Source: Salinispira sp. (GTDB taxonomy: Bacteria; Spirochaetota; Spirochaetia; DSM-27196; Salinispiraceae). Taken from it: a stretch of DNA of 64,000 bases. This document shows positions 1 through 9,254 of the stretch, one piece after another. The position numbers and the translations under genes are program-made. The notes below the pieces were generated by a model. It was not told where the DNA came from, did not search any database, and saw only the letters and a program-made list of their open reading frames with translations. The DNA lies in contig OZ271918.1 of NCBI GenBank assembly GCA_965602015.1, positions 1,920,001 through 1,984,000 on the forward strand. Direction: 5' to 3'. The first letter of the stretch is position 1. Each line of letters starts with the position of its first letter.

Positions 1-914
1 ACGCGTTTGCCCGCTTCATCGCGGCCATGAAGTCGCCGGCGGTATCTTCAGGCATCGGCGGATTTGCCGGGGGAATAGAGCTTGACTTAATGGGAATAGA
101 AAACCCCGTAATGCTCAGTTCAACCGACGGCGTCGGCACCAAACTGCTGGTTGCCCGAAAACTGGGAAAGTACCACACTCTGGGCATCGACCTGGTTGCC
201 ATGTGCGTCAACGACCTCATTGTGGCCGGAGTGAAGCCTCAGATTTTCCTCGACTACATTGCCTGCGGAAAGCTCGAGGAGGGGCTGCTTCATGAGCTAA
301 TCACCGGAATAGTACAGGGATGCGAGCAGGCGCAATGCGTGCTGGCCGGCGGGGAGACCGCTGAAATGCCCGATTTATACGGACCCGGAGATTTTGATCT
401 TGCAGGATTCTGCACAGGCGTGGGGGAAAAATCCCGTCTCTTGCCAAAAAAAGAACATTTACGCGAAGGCGACGTGCTATTCGCCCTCCCCTCATCGGGC
501 ATTCATTCAAACGGCCTGTCGCTGGCGCGCAAACTCGTCGACGATGCTGATATGCCGATGTGGGAAGAACTGCTCACCCCGACCCGAATTTACGTCCGGG
601 AAATGGCCGAACTCCTGGAGACCGGATGTATACAGGCTGCGGCTCATATTACCGGCGGGGGATTAGCGGGCAATGTTCAGCGGGTGCTCCCCGATGGTCT
701 GGTGCCCGACTTCAGCTGGGACTGGGAAATTCCCCGGGTCTTCTCCGAGCTGCAGCGCCGGGGAGGAGTTGAAACGGACGAAATGCGCCGGGTATTTAAC
801 ATGGGACTGGGTATTGTGATGATGGTTTCGGCGGGTGACCGGGCACAGTTTGAAAAACTCGCCGAAAAGGCCGGAATACCCGTGCTACCGGTAGGATCTC
901 TGGTCCGTGGCTGA
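1..914 (+). CDS. purM: Phosphoribosylformylglycinamidine cyclo-ligase (AIR synthase), 5' end outside the window
   Basis: Motifs STDGVGTK, IDLVAMCVND, GGETAEMP, SSGIHSNG, HITGGG, FNMGLG; the frame is open to the window edge. Confidence 0.96.
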   Translation, partial: AFARFIAAMKSPAVSSGIGGFAGGIELDLMGIENPVMLSSTDGVGTKLLVARKLGKYHTLGIDLVAMCVNDLIVAGVKPQIFLDYIACGKLEEGLLHELITGIVQGCEQAQCVLAGGETAEMPDLYGPGDFDLAGFCTGVGEKSRLLPKKEHLREGDVLFALPSSGIHSNGLSLARKLVDDADMPMWEELLTPTRIYVREMAELLETGCIQAAAHITGGGLAGNVQRVLPDGLVPDFSWDWEIPRVFSELQRRGGVETDEMRRVFNMGLGIVMMVSAGDRAQFEKLAEKAGIPVLPVGSLVRG

Positions 915-1467
915 CATCGCGGTTTTCGCATCAGGCCGGGGAAGCAATTTTCAGGCAATTCACGAAGACCTGCGCAGAGACGGCCGTCATAAAATTGCAG
1001 TATTGGTGTGCGATCGAAAGGCAGCCCGGGCCCTCGTTTACGCCCGGGAGCAGGGAATACCAGCAGTATATCTGCCGTATAAAGGAAAAAACCCGCAAGA
1101 TGTCGAACGGGAAATAATCGCCGCCCTCGAAGAGTTCAAACCGCGGCTTCTGGTGTTGGCCGGTTATATGAGACTGCTCAGCCCTGTCATCCTTGACGAG
1201 TACGACCAACGGATAATCAATATCCACCCTTCCCTTCTCCCAAGCCATCCCGGGCTCGACAGCATAGAGAGAAGCTGGCTGAGCAATGATGATTACCTGG
1301 GAATCACAATTCACTATGTTGACCGGGGTATTGACACTGGGCGGGTCATTGTTCAGCAGGCGTTTCACCGAAGCGAAGTCCAATCCCTTGAAGCGGCGGA
1401 AAAACGTATTCATGAACTGGAACATTTCTGGTACCCTCTAATAATCAGGGAACTATTAGAGACCTGA
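907..1467 (+). CDS. purN: Phosphoribosylglycinamide formyltransferase
   Basis: ASGRGSNFQA, LAGYMR, INIHPSLLP, TIHYVDRGIDTG; overlaps the purM stop. Confidence 0.96.
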   Translation: MADIAVFASGRGSNFQAIHEDLRRDGRHKIAVLVCDRKAARALVYAREQGIPAVYLPYKGKNPQDVEREIIAALEEFKPRLLVLAGYMRLLSPVILDEYDQRIINIHPSLLPSHPGLDSIERSWLSNDDYLGITIHYVDRGIDTGRVIVQQAFHRSEVQSLEAAEKRIHELEHFWYPLIIRELLET

Positions 1468-1538
1468 CGCCAGCACACCTCGGATAGTGCCCGCCCGAAC
1501 CAGGGCACGGGTAACCGGGAATAAATCGGAGGATATGA

Positions 1539-2801
1539 GTGAAAGTACTGGTAGTTGGTAACGGAGGCCGCGAGCACGCAATTGCCTGGAAATTTTCCCA
1601 GAGCACCCGCCACAGCGGGATTTTTTGCGCTCCCGGCAATGCGGGCACCGCAGAATTTGCCGTAAATTTACCAGACATTGCCTCCGACGACACAGCCGGA
1701 GTCTGTCGGGCAGTAGAGGAACATGGCATTGACCTGGTATTCATCGGTTCCGAGCTGCCGCTTTCGATGGGAATGGCTGACGAACTTCGAAAAAAAGGGG
1801 TTCTCTGCGTGGGACCGGGCGCCGACGGGGCCAAGCTTGAATCAAGTAAAGCATACAGCAAAGACTTTATGCTCCGCCACCACATCCCGACGGCTGAGGC
1901 GCGGGTTATTTCCACGGCAGATGAACTGGAAACCTATCTCAAAACTGCGGATTACCCCCTCGTTGTGAAAAAGAGCGGACTAGCCTCCGGCAAGGGCGTT
2001 CTTGAAACGACGTCGTATAAGGAAGCGATTTCCTTCGCCTCGGAGTATATCGGTGAAGGCCAGGTCGTGGTGGAAGAATATCTCAGGGGATATGAAGTAT
2101 CGATATTCGCCCTGAGCGACGGCGAGAATCACCTGGTCCTGCCCGCGGCGGCTGATTATAAAAAGGCCGGCGAAAACAACAGCGGCCCCAACACCGGGGG
2201 CATGGGCGTGGTTTGTCCCGTGCCCTGGTTCGACACCGGCCTTATGGGGGAGATTCGCCAGCACATAATCGAGCCCAGCTTTACCGGACTGCGCAGTGAC
2301 GGCATAGATTACCGGGGCATCTTATATATCGGCCTTATGATTACTGAGGAAGGACCCAAGGTACTGGAATACAATGTGCGTTTCGGCGATCCCGAAGCCC
2401 AGGCCCTTGTGCCGCTGATACGAAACGATTTCTGCAACCTGTTCGAGGCCGTGGCGGCCGGGAGGCTCAAGGATATAGTCCTGGACGTATCGGACTCCCA
2501 GAGCCTTTGTGTCGTTGTGGCGGCAGAGGGATATCCGGGCCCCTATAAAAAATCTCTGCAAGTCGATCTCGTCCAGGCGAGCGAGGACCGTACCACTCAT
2601 CTCTTCCACGCTTCCACCTATCTCGATGAAGGCACTCTGCGAACCAACGGCGGACGCTGCTTCGCGGCAGTGGGAACCGGGAGCGATTTTCTGAAAGCCC
2701 GCAAGCGGAGCTACGAGCTGGCATCAAAGGTGCGCTTCGAAGGGGCCTGGTTCAGAAAGGACATCGGCAACCGCATTTTCGGCAATAACTCCATCGGCTA
2801 A
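1539..2801 (+). CDS. purD: Phosphoribosylamine-glycine ligase
   Basis: GNGGREHAIAW, APGNAG, LESSK, GPNTGGMG, EYNVRFGDPE. Confidence 0.97.
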   Translation: MKVLVVGNGGREHAIAWKFSQSTRHSGIFCAPGNAGTAEFAVNLPDIASDDTAGVCRAVEEHGIDLVFIGSELPLSMGMADELRKKGVLCVGPGADGAKLESSKAYSKDFMLRHHIPTAEARVISTADELETYLKTADYPLVVKKSGLASGKGVLETTSYKEAISFASEYIGEGQVVVEEYLRGYEVSIFALSDGENHLVLPAAADYKKAGENNSGPNTGGMGVVCPVPWFDTGLMGEIRQHIIEPSFTGLRSDGIDYRGILYIGLMITEEGPKVLEYNVRFGDPEAQALVPLIRNDFCNLFEAVAAGRLKDIVLDVSDSQSLCVVVAAEGYPGPYKKSLQVDLVQASEDRTTHLFHASTYLDEGTLRTNGGRCFAAVGTGSDFLKARKRSYELASKVRFEGAWFRKDIGNRIFGNNSIG

Positions 2802-2864
2802 GCGTTCCCCGGGGAATGACAATCCACCGAGGACATCTTTACTCCATCACAGACTGCGACCTGG

Positions 2865-4344
2865 GGCAAAACTCACAGAACGGGGAGACAGCGCCACAAT
2901 CACCGACACTAAAATCACCATCAACCGGACAGGAACCTACCGCCACTACAGCTGGGACCTGTTAAACCGCCTGGAAAACGTCGAAGAGCTCGATGAACAC
3001 GGCAATCTGGTCGTGATAAAAGAATACGGCTATGATGTGAATAACCTGAGGATATGGGAGAAAAACCGACACGGCCAAATCACCCATTACGTCTTCGACC
3101 ACAAGGGCAACAGAATCGAACGGCACACAGACGAAAAGAGCGAATACTACATCTTCAGAAACCTCCACCACATCGCCAAACGGGTGGTAGACCACAGCAC
3201 CAACACCGAAAAGACCTACTTCTACGGCACAGACCACCTGGGAAGCACCGTGCTGATGACAGACGAAGACGGCAACGAAGTTTTCTCAGCAGAGACCACC
3301 CCCTTCGGCGACTCGGTCTCTGAGTCAGGAGCCATGGCCGACACAGAAAACCTCATGTACACCGGAAAGGACCTAGATGAAGATACCGGGCTGTACTACT
3401 TTAATGCACGCTGGTATGACCCAACGGTGGGTAGGTTTATAAGCGAGGATCCGGCGAGGTTTGGCGCGAACTGGTACCGGTATGCTGCAAGCAATCCCCT
3501 CAAATACTTCGATCCAACCGGACTGAATGAAGTGAGCTGGGATACAACGATCTTCGATGCAGGGGATTATCACACAGATACCCCTGAAAATGAGAATTAT
3601 GAAAACGTAGAAGAAACAACAACAGAGGTTGCCACCTATGAGGAAATTACTGAACAGATCAATCACGTCTCCACTGGTATTTCTGCCCAGGAAACGATAA
3701 CCCAGCAGTCAGAAAAACTCGTTGAACTATCACAACAAAATACCAGTGAGATGACTCTTGATGAATTTCTATCTCACCAGCAGGAGATGCAGGATTTAGC
3801 AAAAGAGTTGTTACAAGGAATCCTGGATTATCGTGCAGCGGGATATAATAGCTCAAATTCAGATGAAAACGAAAATTCTCAGAACAATCAAAACATCGAT
3901 ATCGATAGCCGTGGTTTTATTATCTCTTTTGGCTTCACAGGTTTTATAGGAGCCGGTGGTGGCTCCTCGATATCTGGAGGTATTAATTTTGGTATAGATT
4001 TTAACAACGGGGATGTTTTAATGAATTTCTCTGCAGCCCCAAGCGCAGGTCTATTAGTTGGTGCATCTGGGTTTGCTGGTGGGTATTTAGCTATTACACC
4101 TATGGAAACTGATCCTGATGTCCTTGCTGGCAATTTTCTACAAATTGGTCTTTCTGCGGGTGAAGGAAAAGGAATGGGCATTGATATAGCTCTTCCTTTT
4201 CAGCAGGGTGTTAATCCAACCTTGACTGGATCATACGGTGCTACAATAAAATTCCCGATTCCAGGTGAATTTCATATTTATGGAGGTCAAACAACAGTGA
4301 CTGATTCGATCAAAATATTCGATTTTAGACCATTCCGAAAATGA
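2865..4344 (+). pseudogene. Orphan Rhs cassette 1: 5'-truncated Rhs core, acidic linker and Gly-rich C-terminal putative toxin (ORF track 3013..4344)
   Basis: TDHLGST, YTGKDLDEDTGLYYFNARWYDPTVGRFISEDP, NPLKYFDPTGL. Homology to cassettes 3 and 4 starts near 2865, upstream of the called GTG, with no convincing start or RBS. Confidence 0.88.
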
Positions 4345-4724
4345 TATTTCAAACACTTTTTATGTACTTATCATTCCTGATCGTGCTTCTATCAATAATA
4401 ATAATCAGAAAGAGGAATCAAGCAAAAGCTAGGATCACATCGGAGAAAGCTCAGAAGGGTATTATTTGTGGTGTAAGGTATAATGGGTTGAGCGCTTCAG
4501 CTCCATTTGCATCGCTGAGAATTTTTGAAAATTCGATTCAAGTCAATATTTTAGGTAGGACTGCGCTCTATAAGGATCTAAGTAATCTGGTATCCACTGA
4601 AAAAAAGAAAGGATTATTTGACCTTGGTCTCGAACTAAGATTTGATTCTGGAGAAAAAATAATTATTTGGACAAAATATTCTTATTCGCTTTTTGATTTG
4701 CTAATGGAAATAGAGCATACATGA
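4341..4724 (+). CDS. Putative immunity protein of cassette 1 (N-terminal transmembrane helix)
   Basis: ATGA overlap with the toxin stop, AT-rich, 127 aa, hydrophobic N-terminus. Confidence 0.7.
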   Translation: MIFQTLFMYLSFLIVLLSIIIIRKRNQAKARITSEKAQKGIICGVRYNGLSASAPFASLRIFENSIQVNILGRTALYKDLSNLVSTEKKKGLFDLGLELRFDSGEKIIIWTKYSYSLFDLLMEIEHT

Positions 4725-4728
4725 TCAA

Positions 4729-5642
4729 CCCACAAGACCTGACTTGAGCTGCGCCGGATCCAATCCCGGCGTCAGCTCCAAGTATCCTTCTTATGGGGGT
4801 TGAGCCGGCAAACGAGTTCTTTGAAATACGTCAGTCAGTGACGGACCCATCGAAGAGCATCTTGTTCCCGTAGAGCAAGAACTCTTCTGCTGACCGCTGA
4901 TGCTTGCAGCAGCCTGCAGAAGAGAAAAACGTCAGACCACAAAACGCTTGAAGTCCACCCGGCTGCCGTTGAAGTTGACCAGGTAGCCCACCCGGATGCC
5001 CGAAAGCCTGAGGTAGTTTATGAGCTGGGCTTCCATAACAGCCGTGAGCTTTGAAACGCTCTTGAGCTCGAGAATGACCTTGCCCTCGACCACCAGGTCG
5101 GCAATGTATGCTCCGGCAAGCTCCCCTTTGTAGTACACCGGATAGACCTTCTGCTGTTCCACCGTGAGATTTAACCTCCGGCACTCAATAACCAGCGCAC
5201 CCTCGTACGCACTTTCCAAAAGCCCGGGACCCAGGATGTTGTGCACCGAATACAACGCCCCTACCACCGTGTATGACAGTTCCTTGAAAAGATACTCAGC
5301 CATGCTGACCTCCTTTTTCAAGGAAGCAGTCTCGCAGCGACGAGCGGTCAATGCCCGATAATTGGCGTACCGCAGCCATCATGCATGGCGAGGAACGCCA
5401 ATATGAAGAGCGAAGCGCGGCTTGACCGCGAGGAGCGGAGAGATACACTTGAAAAAAACGGAGGAAGCCAGACAGCTCAAGCCCGTGAAATAAGGCGCGA
5501 ATCCTCGCGCCCCATTCTTTCCTTTCTTACAACATACCATCAGCAGAGAAATCCCTTTTACAAAACTGCCCCGGTCACCAAACCAAATCCGTGAATATTG
5601 GTGCTGATACGTGGTACACCCCAACTCCCTAATACGTGGCTT
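4729..5642. repeat. Conserved structured inter-cassette spacer, copy 1 (hairpin + GxxExxY gene + structured region)
   Basis: Near-identical to 10120-13205 (IS21-interrupted) and 15317-16235; partly matches 17984-18335. Confidence 0.93.
4932..5303 (-). CDS. GxxExxY family protein (PD-(D/E)xK nuclease-like fold), copy 1
   Basis: LGPGLLESAYE motif and ADLVVEGKVILELK; AAGGAGG RBS before the ATG at 5303 (the 5351 start is unlikely). Confidence 0.92.
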   Translation of the reverse strand: MAEYLFKELSYTVVGALYSVHNILGPGLLESAYEGALVIECRRLNLTVEQQKVYPVYYKGELAGAYIADLVVEGKVILELKSVSKLTAVMEAQLINYLRLSGIRVGYLVNFNGSRVDFKRFVV

Positions 5643-5698
5643 ACCAACCTTATCGCTGCTGACCAAAAATCTACAATCTCGGCCAAATCCAATCGGCA

Positions 5699-6315
5699 AT
5701 GATCATCACAGAAGCCGGAAGCGAAGAATGGAAACCCAATCCCCTTCAGCGAAGCCATGGGGTAGTGCAATCCGACGTCCTGGGCACCACACCATTCACC
5801 ATAGACCAGAGGGACCTGGAACTCACCACCACCGCAGACAGCCTGGTCATAGACACCGGCTTCGGCTACACCCTCAAACGCATTGAAATACCCTTTGAGG
5901 CCCTCGATGCAGCCCAGATGAGGCCGGAAACCCTCCAGGTCTATACCGCGCTATACAACAGCGAAATAGCATACGAACGCCAGGAAGAGGCTCACATAAG
6001 CATCAGCCACAACACCGTAACCATCACCTTTCCGGCACCAGTGTTTACCCGCTACGTCAAACTCCATTCAACCGTCCACACCCTCGCTGACGATGGGGAT
6101 GAGCGAAATACTGGTACGATATTCCAGGCCGATGCCAGCGAAATCATCGTCACCGCCATCACCGGGGGCCGCAACGAGTTCTACAACTACACCCCCGACG
6201 GCAACCGCTCCATGCGAAGCATCCTCGCCGGCAGCATGCAGAGTGAACAATACCAGTACTACCCCAACTCAGACCTGCTCCAATACGACGGAACCTACTA
6301 CTATGCATACGATGC
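5699..6315 (+). pseudogene. Orphan Rhs cassette 2, N-terminal fragment cut by IS66
   Basis: 3' part (GRNEFYNYTPDGNRS...YYYAYD) matches the starts of cassettes 3 and 4; ends at the IS66 terminus. Confidence 0.85.
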
Positions 6316-6327
6316 GTAAGCGTCAAT

Positions 6328-7908
6328 TTAAGCCTGCACGATTGACTTCAGCTCCAGTAATTCGTCTTTGATGTTCCAGGGCAGCAGATCTTCCCAGTTC
6401 CCGGAATCCCCAATCTCTGGCGCTTTGGTGAAGACATGCACCAGATACCCATAGGGATTCAGTCCGTTCTGTCGGGCTGTCTCGATAAGCGAAAACATAA
6501 AACAGGAGCTTTCAGCGCCTCCCGGGCTTCCCGAGAACAGCCAGTTCTTTCGGCCGAGAACAAAAGGACGGATTGCATTCTCCGCGCCATTGTTGTCCGG
6601 GGTCAGATGCGGACTCTCTACATATTTCATGACCTTATCCCATTGCGACAGGGCGTAGGTCACCGCCTGCCCGACAGCGCTTGATGGACGAACGCTTAGC
6701 GCTTTCTTTTCGAGCCAGGCTTTGAATCTCTCTGCTACCGGGGCAATGCGGGCTTTGCGCTTCTGGGCAAACTCATCATCACTCAGGTTTTGGCTACGCA
6801 GCTCTTTCTCAATGCGGTAGAACTCGGCGATCTTCGATATGGCCTCATGAGCGCTTCCGGCTTTCTTTGAGGATTTGCCCGCTTCAAAGAATTTCCGGCG
6901 GACATGGGCCATACACCCCACGTGAATAATGTCAGGCCGGTCCTTCAATGTCGTTTCATACCCCACATAGCCATCGGTTTGCAGGTAGCCTGAAAAACCT
7001 GAGAGATAGGCTTTCGCATACTCCGATCCGCGGCTTCGGTGGTAGGCATAATCCACCACCGGTTTCCCAGGCGGACCTCCCCGGGCAAGCCACATATAGG
7101 ACTTGCTGGTGTTGGATTTCTCCGGCTCGTTCATAACCTGAACGGTTGTTTCATCCATTTGAATGACTGGGCCGGATTCTAACTGCTGTTTGAGCAGATC
7201 CTTCAGCGGCTTCAATGCCTGATACGCCTTCTGCTGCCAATTGGACATGTCCTGCCGGCTGATCCTAGCCCCAACCCGCTCAAAGCGCTTTTCCTGGCGG
7301 TAGTACGGCAGGTGATCGACGAATTTATTCTGAATAATGAAGGCCAGAAGCTCCGGGGTCGCAATGCTCTTGGGGATGATGGACGGCGGAACCGGCGCAA
7401 TGCGGAACACCGGTTTGTCTTCATCCCCGGAACCCTCGCAGTTCCGGCAGGCGTACTTGGGCCTGATATGCCGTTCGACGAAAAACTGCTCGGGGATGGT
7501 TTTCAGTTTTTCGCTGACTTCTTCGTCAATTTTGGAAAGCTCGTGCCCGCAGGCGCAGCGTTTCTGGTCTTCTGAGATGTCGTGGATCACATCGACCCTG
7601 GGAAGGTCATCGGATAAAGGCTTTCGCCCCCGCTTCTTCCGCGTATGTGAGGTGACCGTGGTGAGAGAACTGTCGGTTTCCGGCTCATCGGGCGGTGTTG
7701 ACTGAATCTCCCGTTCCTCAAAGAGCATGGCCTGCAGCAGCTCTTCAGCTGATTCACTGCTTCGGGCAAACTTCCGGAACCGGGCCAGCTTGAGCTGTTC
7801 CTGAAGGTCTTCGATTTCCAGTTCCTGCTCTGAAATTCTGGAACCGAGTGCGACTATGTGAGCCTGGACTTCCTCGGGTAACTGTTCAATCTCCGCCGCA
7901 CTCAGCAT
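6328..7908 (-). CDS. tnpC: IS66 family transposase TnpC
   Basis: Leucine zipper, CACG...CRNC zinc ribbon, QMDETT, QTDGY, CMAHVRRKF, DNNGAENAIRP, GRKNWLF. Confidence 0.95.
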   Translation of the reverse strand: MLSAAEIEQLPEEVQAHIVALGSRISEQELEIEDLQEQLKLARFRKFARSSESAEELLQAMLFEEREIQSTPPDEPETDSSLTTVTSHTRKKRGRKPLSDDLPRVDVIHDISEDQKRCACGHELSKIDEEVSEKLKTIPEQFFVERHIRPKYACRNCEGSGDEDKPVFRIAPVPPSIIPKSIATPELLAFIIQNKFVDHLPYYRQEKRFERVGARISRQDMSNWQQKAYQALKPLKDLLKQQLESGPVIQMDETTVQVMNEPEKSNTSKSYMWLARGGPPGKPVVDYAYHRSRGSEYAKAYLSGFSGYLQTDGYVGYETTLKDRPDIIHVGCMAHVRRKFFEAGKSSKKAGSAHEAISKIAEFYRIEKELRSQNLSDDEFAQKRKARIAPVAERFKAWLEKKALSVRPSSAVGQAVTYALSQWDKVMKYVESPHLTPDNNGAENAIRPFVLGRKNWLFSGSPGGAESSCFMFSLIETARQNGLNPYGYLVHVFTKAPEIGDSGNWEDLLPWNIKDELLELKSIVQA

Positions 7909-7950
7909 GGGTGAAATTCTAGCATAAAGGGATTAATCGATGGAAGAGGA

Positions 7951-8298
7951 TTAGTTGCATTCGGCATACTGAACTGCTTTGTGGGCGTGCCAAAAATCAA
8001 TGCCATCGAGCAACATCTTGAGTTCGCCCACAGTGATCTGCCGGGCCTGCTCCTCGGTGTTCGGCCAGGGAAAGCGGTCCTTTTCCAGACGCTTGAGCCA
8101 TAGACAGAATCCGTTGCGGTCCCAGTACACGCATTTGATCAACCGACGGTCCCGGTTGCAGAACAGGAACAGGGAGCCTGACATCGCCGACCGGTTCATC
8201 TGCTGTTCAACAATAACAGACAGACCATTCACCTGTTTGCGCATGTCCGTTACCCCCGGGCGGACATAGATTTCCAATCCGGTGAGATCCAGCATCAT
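7951..8298 (-). CDS. tnpB: IS66 accessory protein TnpB
   Basis: TDMRK, LFLFCNR, YWDRNGFCLWLKRLEKDRFPWP; start at MMLDL, overlapping the tnpA stop. Confidence 0.92.
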   Translation of the reverse strand: MMLDLTGLEIYVRPGVTDMRKQVNGLSVIVEQQMNRSAMSGSLFLFCNRDRRLIKCVYWDRNGFCLWLKRLEKDRFPWPNTEEQARQITVGELKMLLDGIDFWHAHKAVQYAECN

Positions 8299-8597
8299 AC
8301 AAAAGCCGCCAGTACTTCCCGCAGGCGGGCGGAGGAGATTCCATCTGCCAACAGAATGCGAAACCGCCGATCGATCTCGATGATGATTTCCGTCGAACAG
8401 TCTGAGGTGGCAGGTGGCGTGATTCGGACCAACTCGGGTAGCGCTGCTTGGGCGGCCGAAGCCTTTTTTAGCCGCTTCATCCAGTAATGCAGGGTTGAAA
8501 GCTTGATATCCCGGGCCCGACAGAACTCTTTCTGCGTCTGTCCGCTTTCCCGCCACTGGCTAATGACCTCTTGCCACTGTTCAATCTTCGCATCCAT
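8295..8597 (-). CDS. tnpA: IS66 accessory protein TnpA
   Basis: W...WRESGQTQKEFCR...STLHYW helix-turn-helix; first gene of the element. Confidence 0.88.
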   Translation of the reverse strand: MDAKIEQWQEVISQWRESGQTQKEFCRARDIKLSTLHYWMKRLKKASAAQAALPELVRITPPATSDCSTEIIIEIDRRFRILLADGISSARLREVLAAFV

Positions 8598-8668
8598 AAT
8601 TCCTCCAGGTGGAAGAATTATTTCATTTCAGGCTCAGGCTGTGCAGGGCCTGGTAAATTGACGCTTAC

Positions 8669-9254
8669 GTTTGTTCAGGCAAATACTGAAATAGTTATTC
8701 GGCGGGGTGCGCGGGGTACTCCTTACTCATTTCCTTATACACGTTCAGATGGTACAACTATTCAAGTGAAGCACCCAGATGGCGAGTATTATGACGGATT
8801 GCTGGATTTACAAGCTTTCGGAGTTTCATTATTCGATGATCCATTAATTGTACAGACAGTTGCAACTGATAATCTGAAAGATTCAAGAAATGTCATCTAT
8901 GCCCCTGCAGGAAGATATTCAGGAGGTTTATATGATGATCATTATAGCGAAGTTTATGATGAATATATATGGCTCCAAAATCCGGAACTTGGTATAGGAT
9001 TGAATACAGGTGTGTATTTACATTTAGGTAGTAACACACTGTCTGCATTGAGCTGGGCATGTCAGATGCTCTACCGCACTGACTACAATGAACTCTCCGA
9101 TAGGATGAAATCAGGGGGATATCGTTTTGAAGGTAGACGCCCATTTCGTGGTGCAACTGAAGTAAAACCGTCGCACTATATTGATGTTCGAATATATGGA
9201 GATGCACTACCGCCAGAGTCTGAATACAGCTCTCATGGATTTAGTTTTTATTGA
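8669..9254 (+). pseudogene. Decapitated toxin C-terminal domain, L,D-transpeptidase-like (Tlde1/YkuD-type motif)
   Basis: Open frame from the IS66 end; PAGRY...GVYLH-x8-SWAC motif; AT-rich; stop overlaps the next gene. Confidence 0.55.

Larger units (their letters stand above)
6316..8668 (-). mobile_element. IS66 family insertion sequence
   Basis: 15-bp perfect terminal inverted repeats GTAAGCGTCAATTTA at 6316-6330 and 8654-8668; tnpA-tnpB-tnpC order. Confidence 0.95.

Noticed and set aside
4729..5642. Group II intron, retron or diversity-generating retroelement
   Set aside because: No reverse transcriptase, no recognisable domain V/VI, and differences between repeats are not adenine-specific
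5379..5699. Small ORFs in the spacer arms (5379..5699, 5385..5594, 12901..13170, 15885..16112, 18109..18339)
   Set aside because: Frames are broken by indels between copies while hairpins are kept, so they are likely non-coding
8571..8668. N-terminus of ORF 8571..9254
   Set aside because: Lies inside the IS66 end; read-through into the decapitated toxin, not a native start
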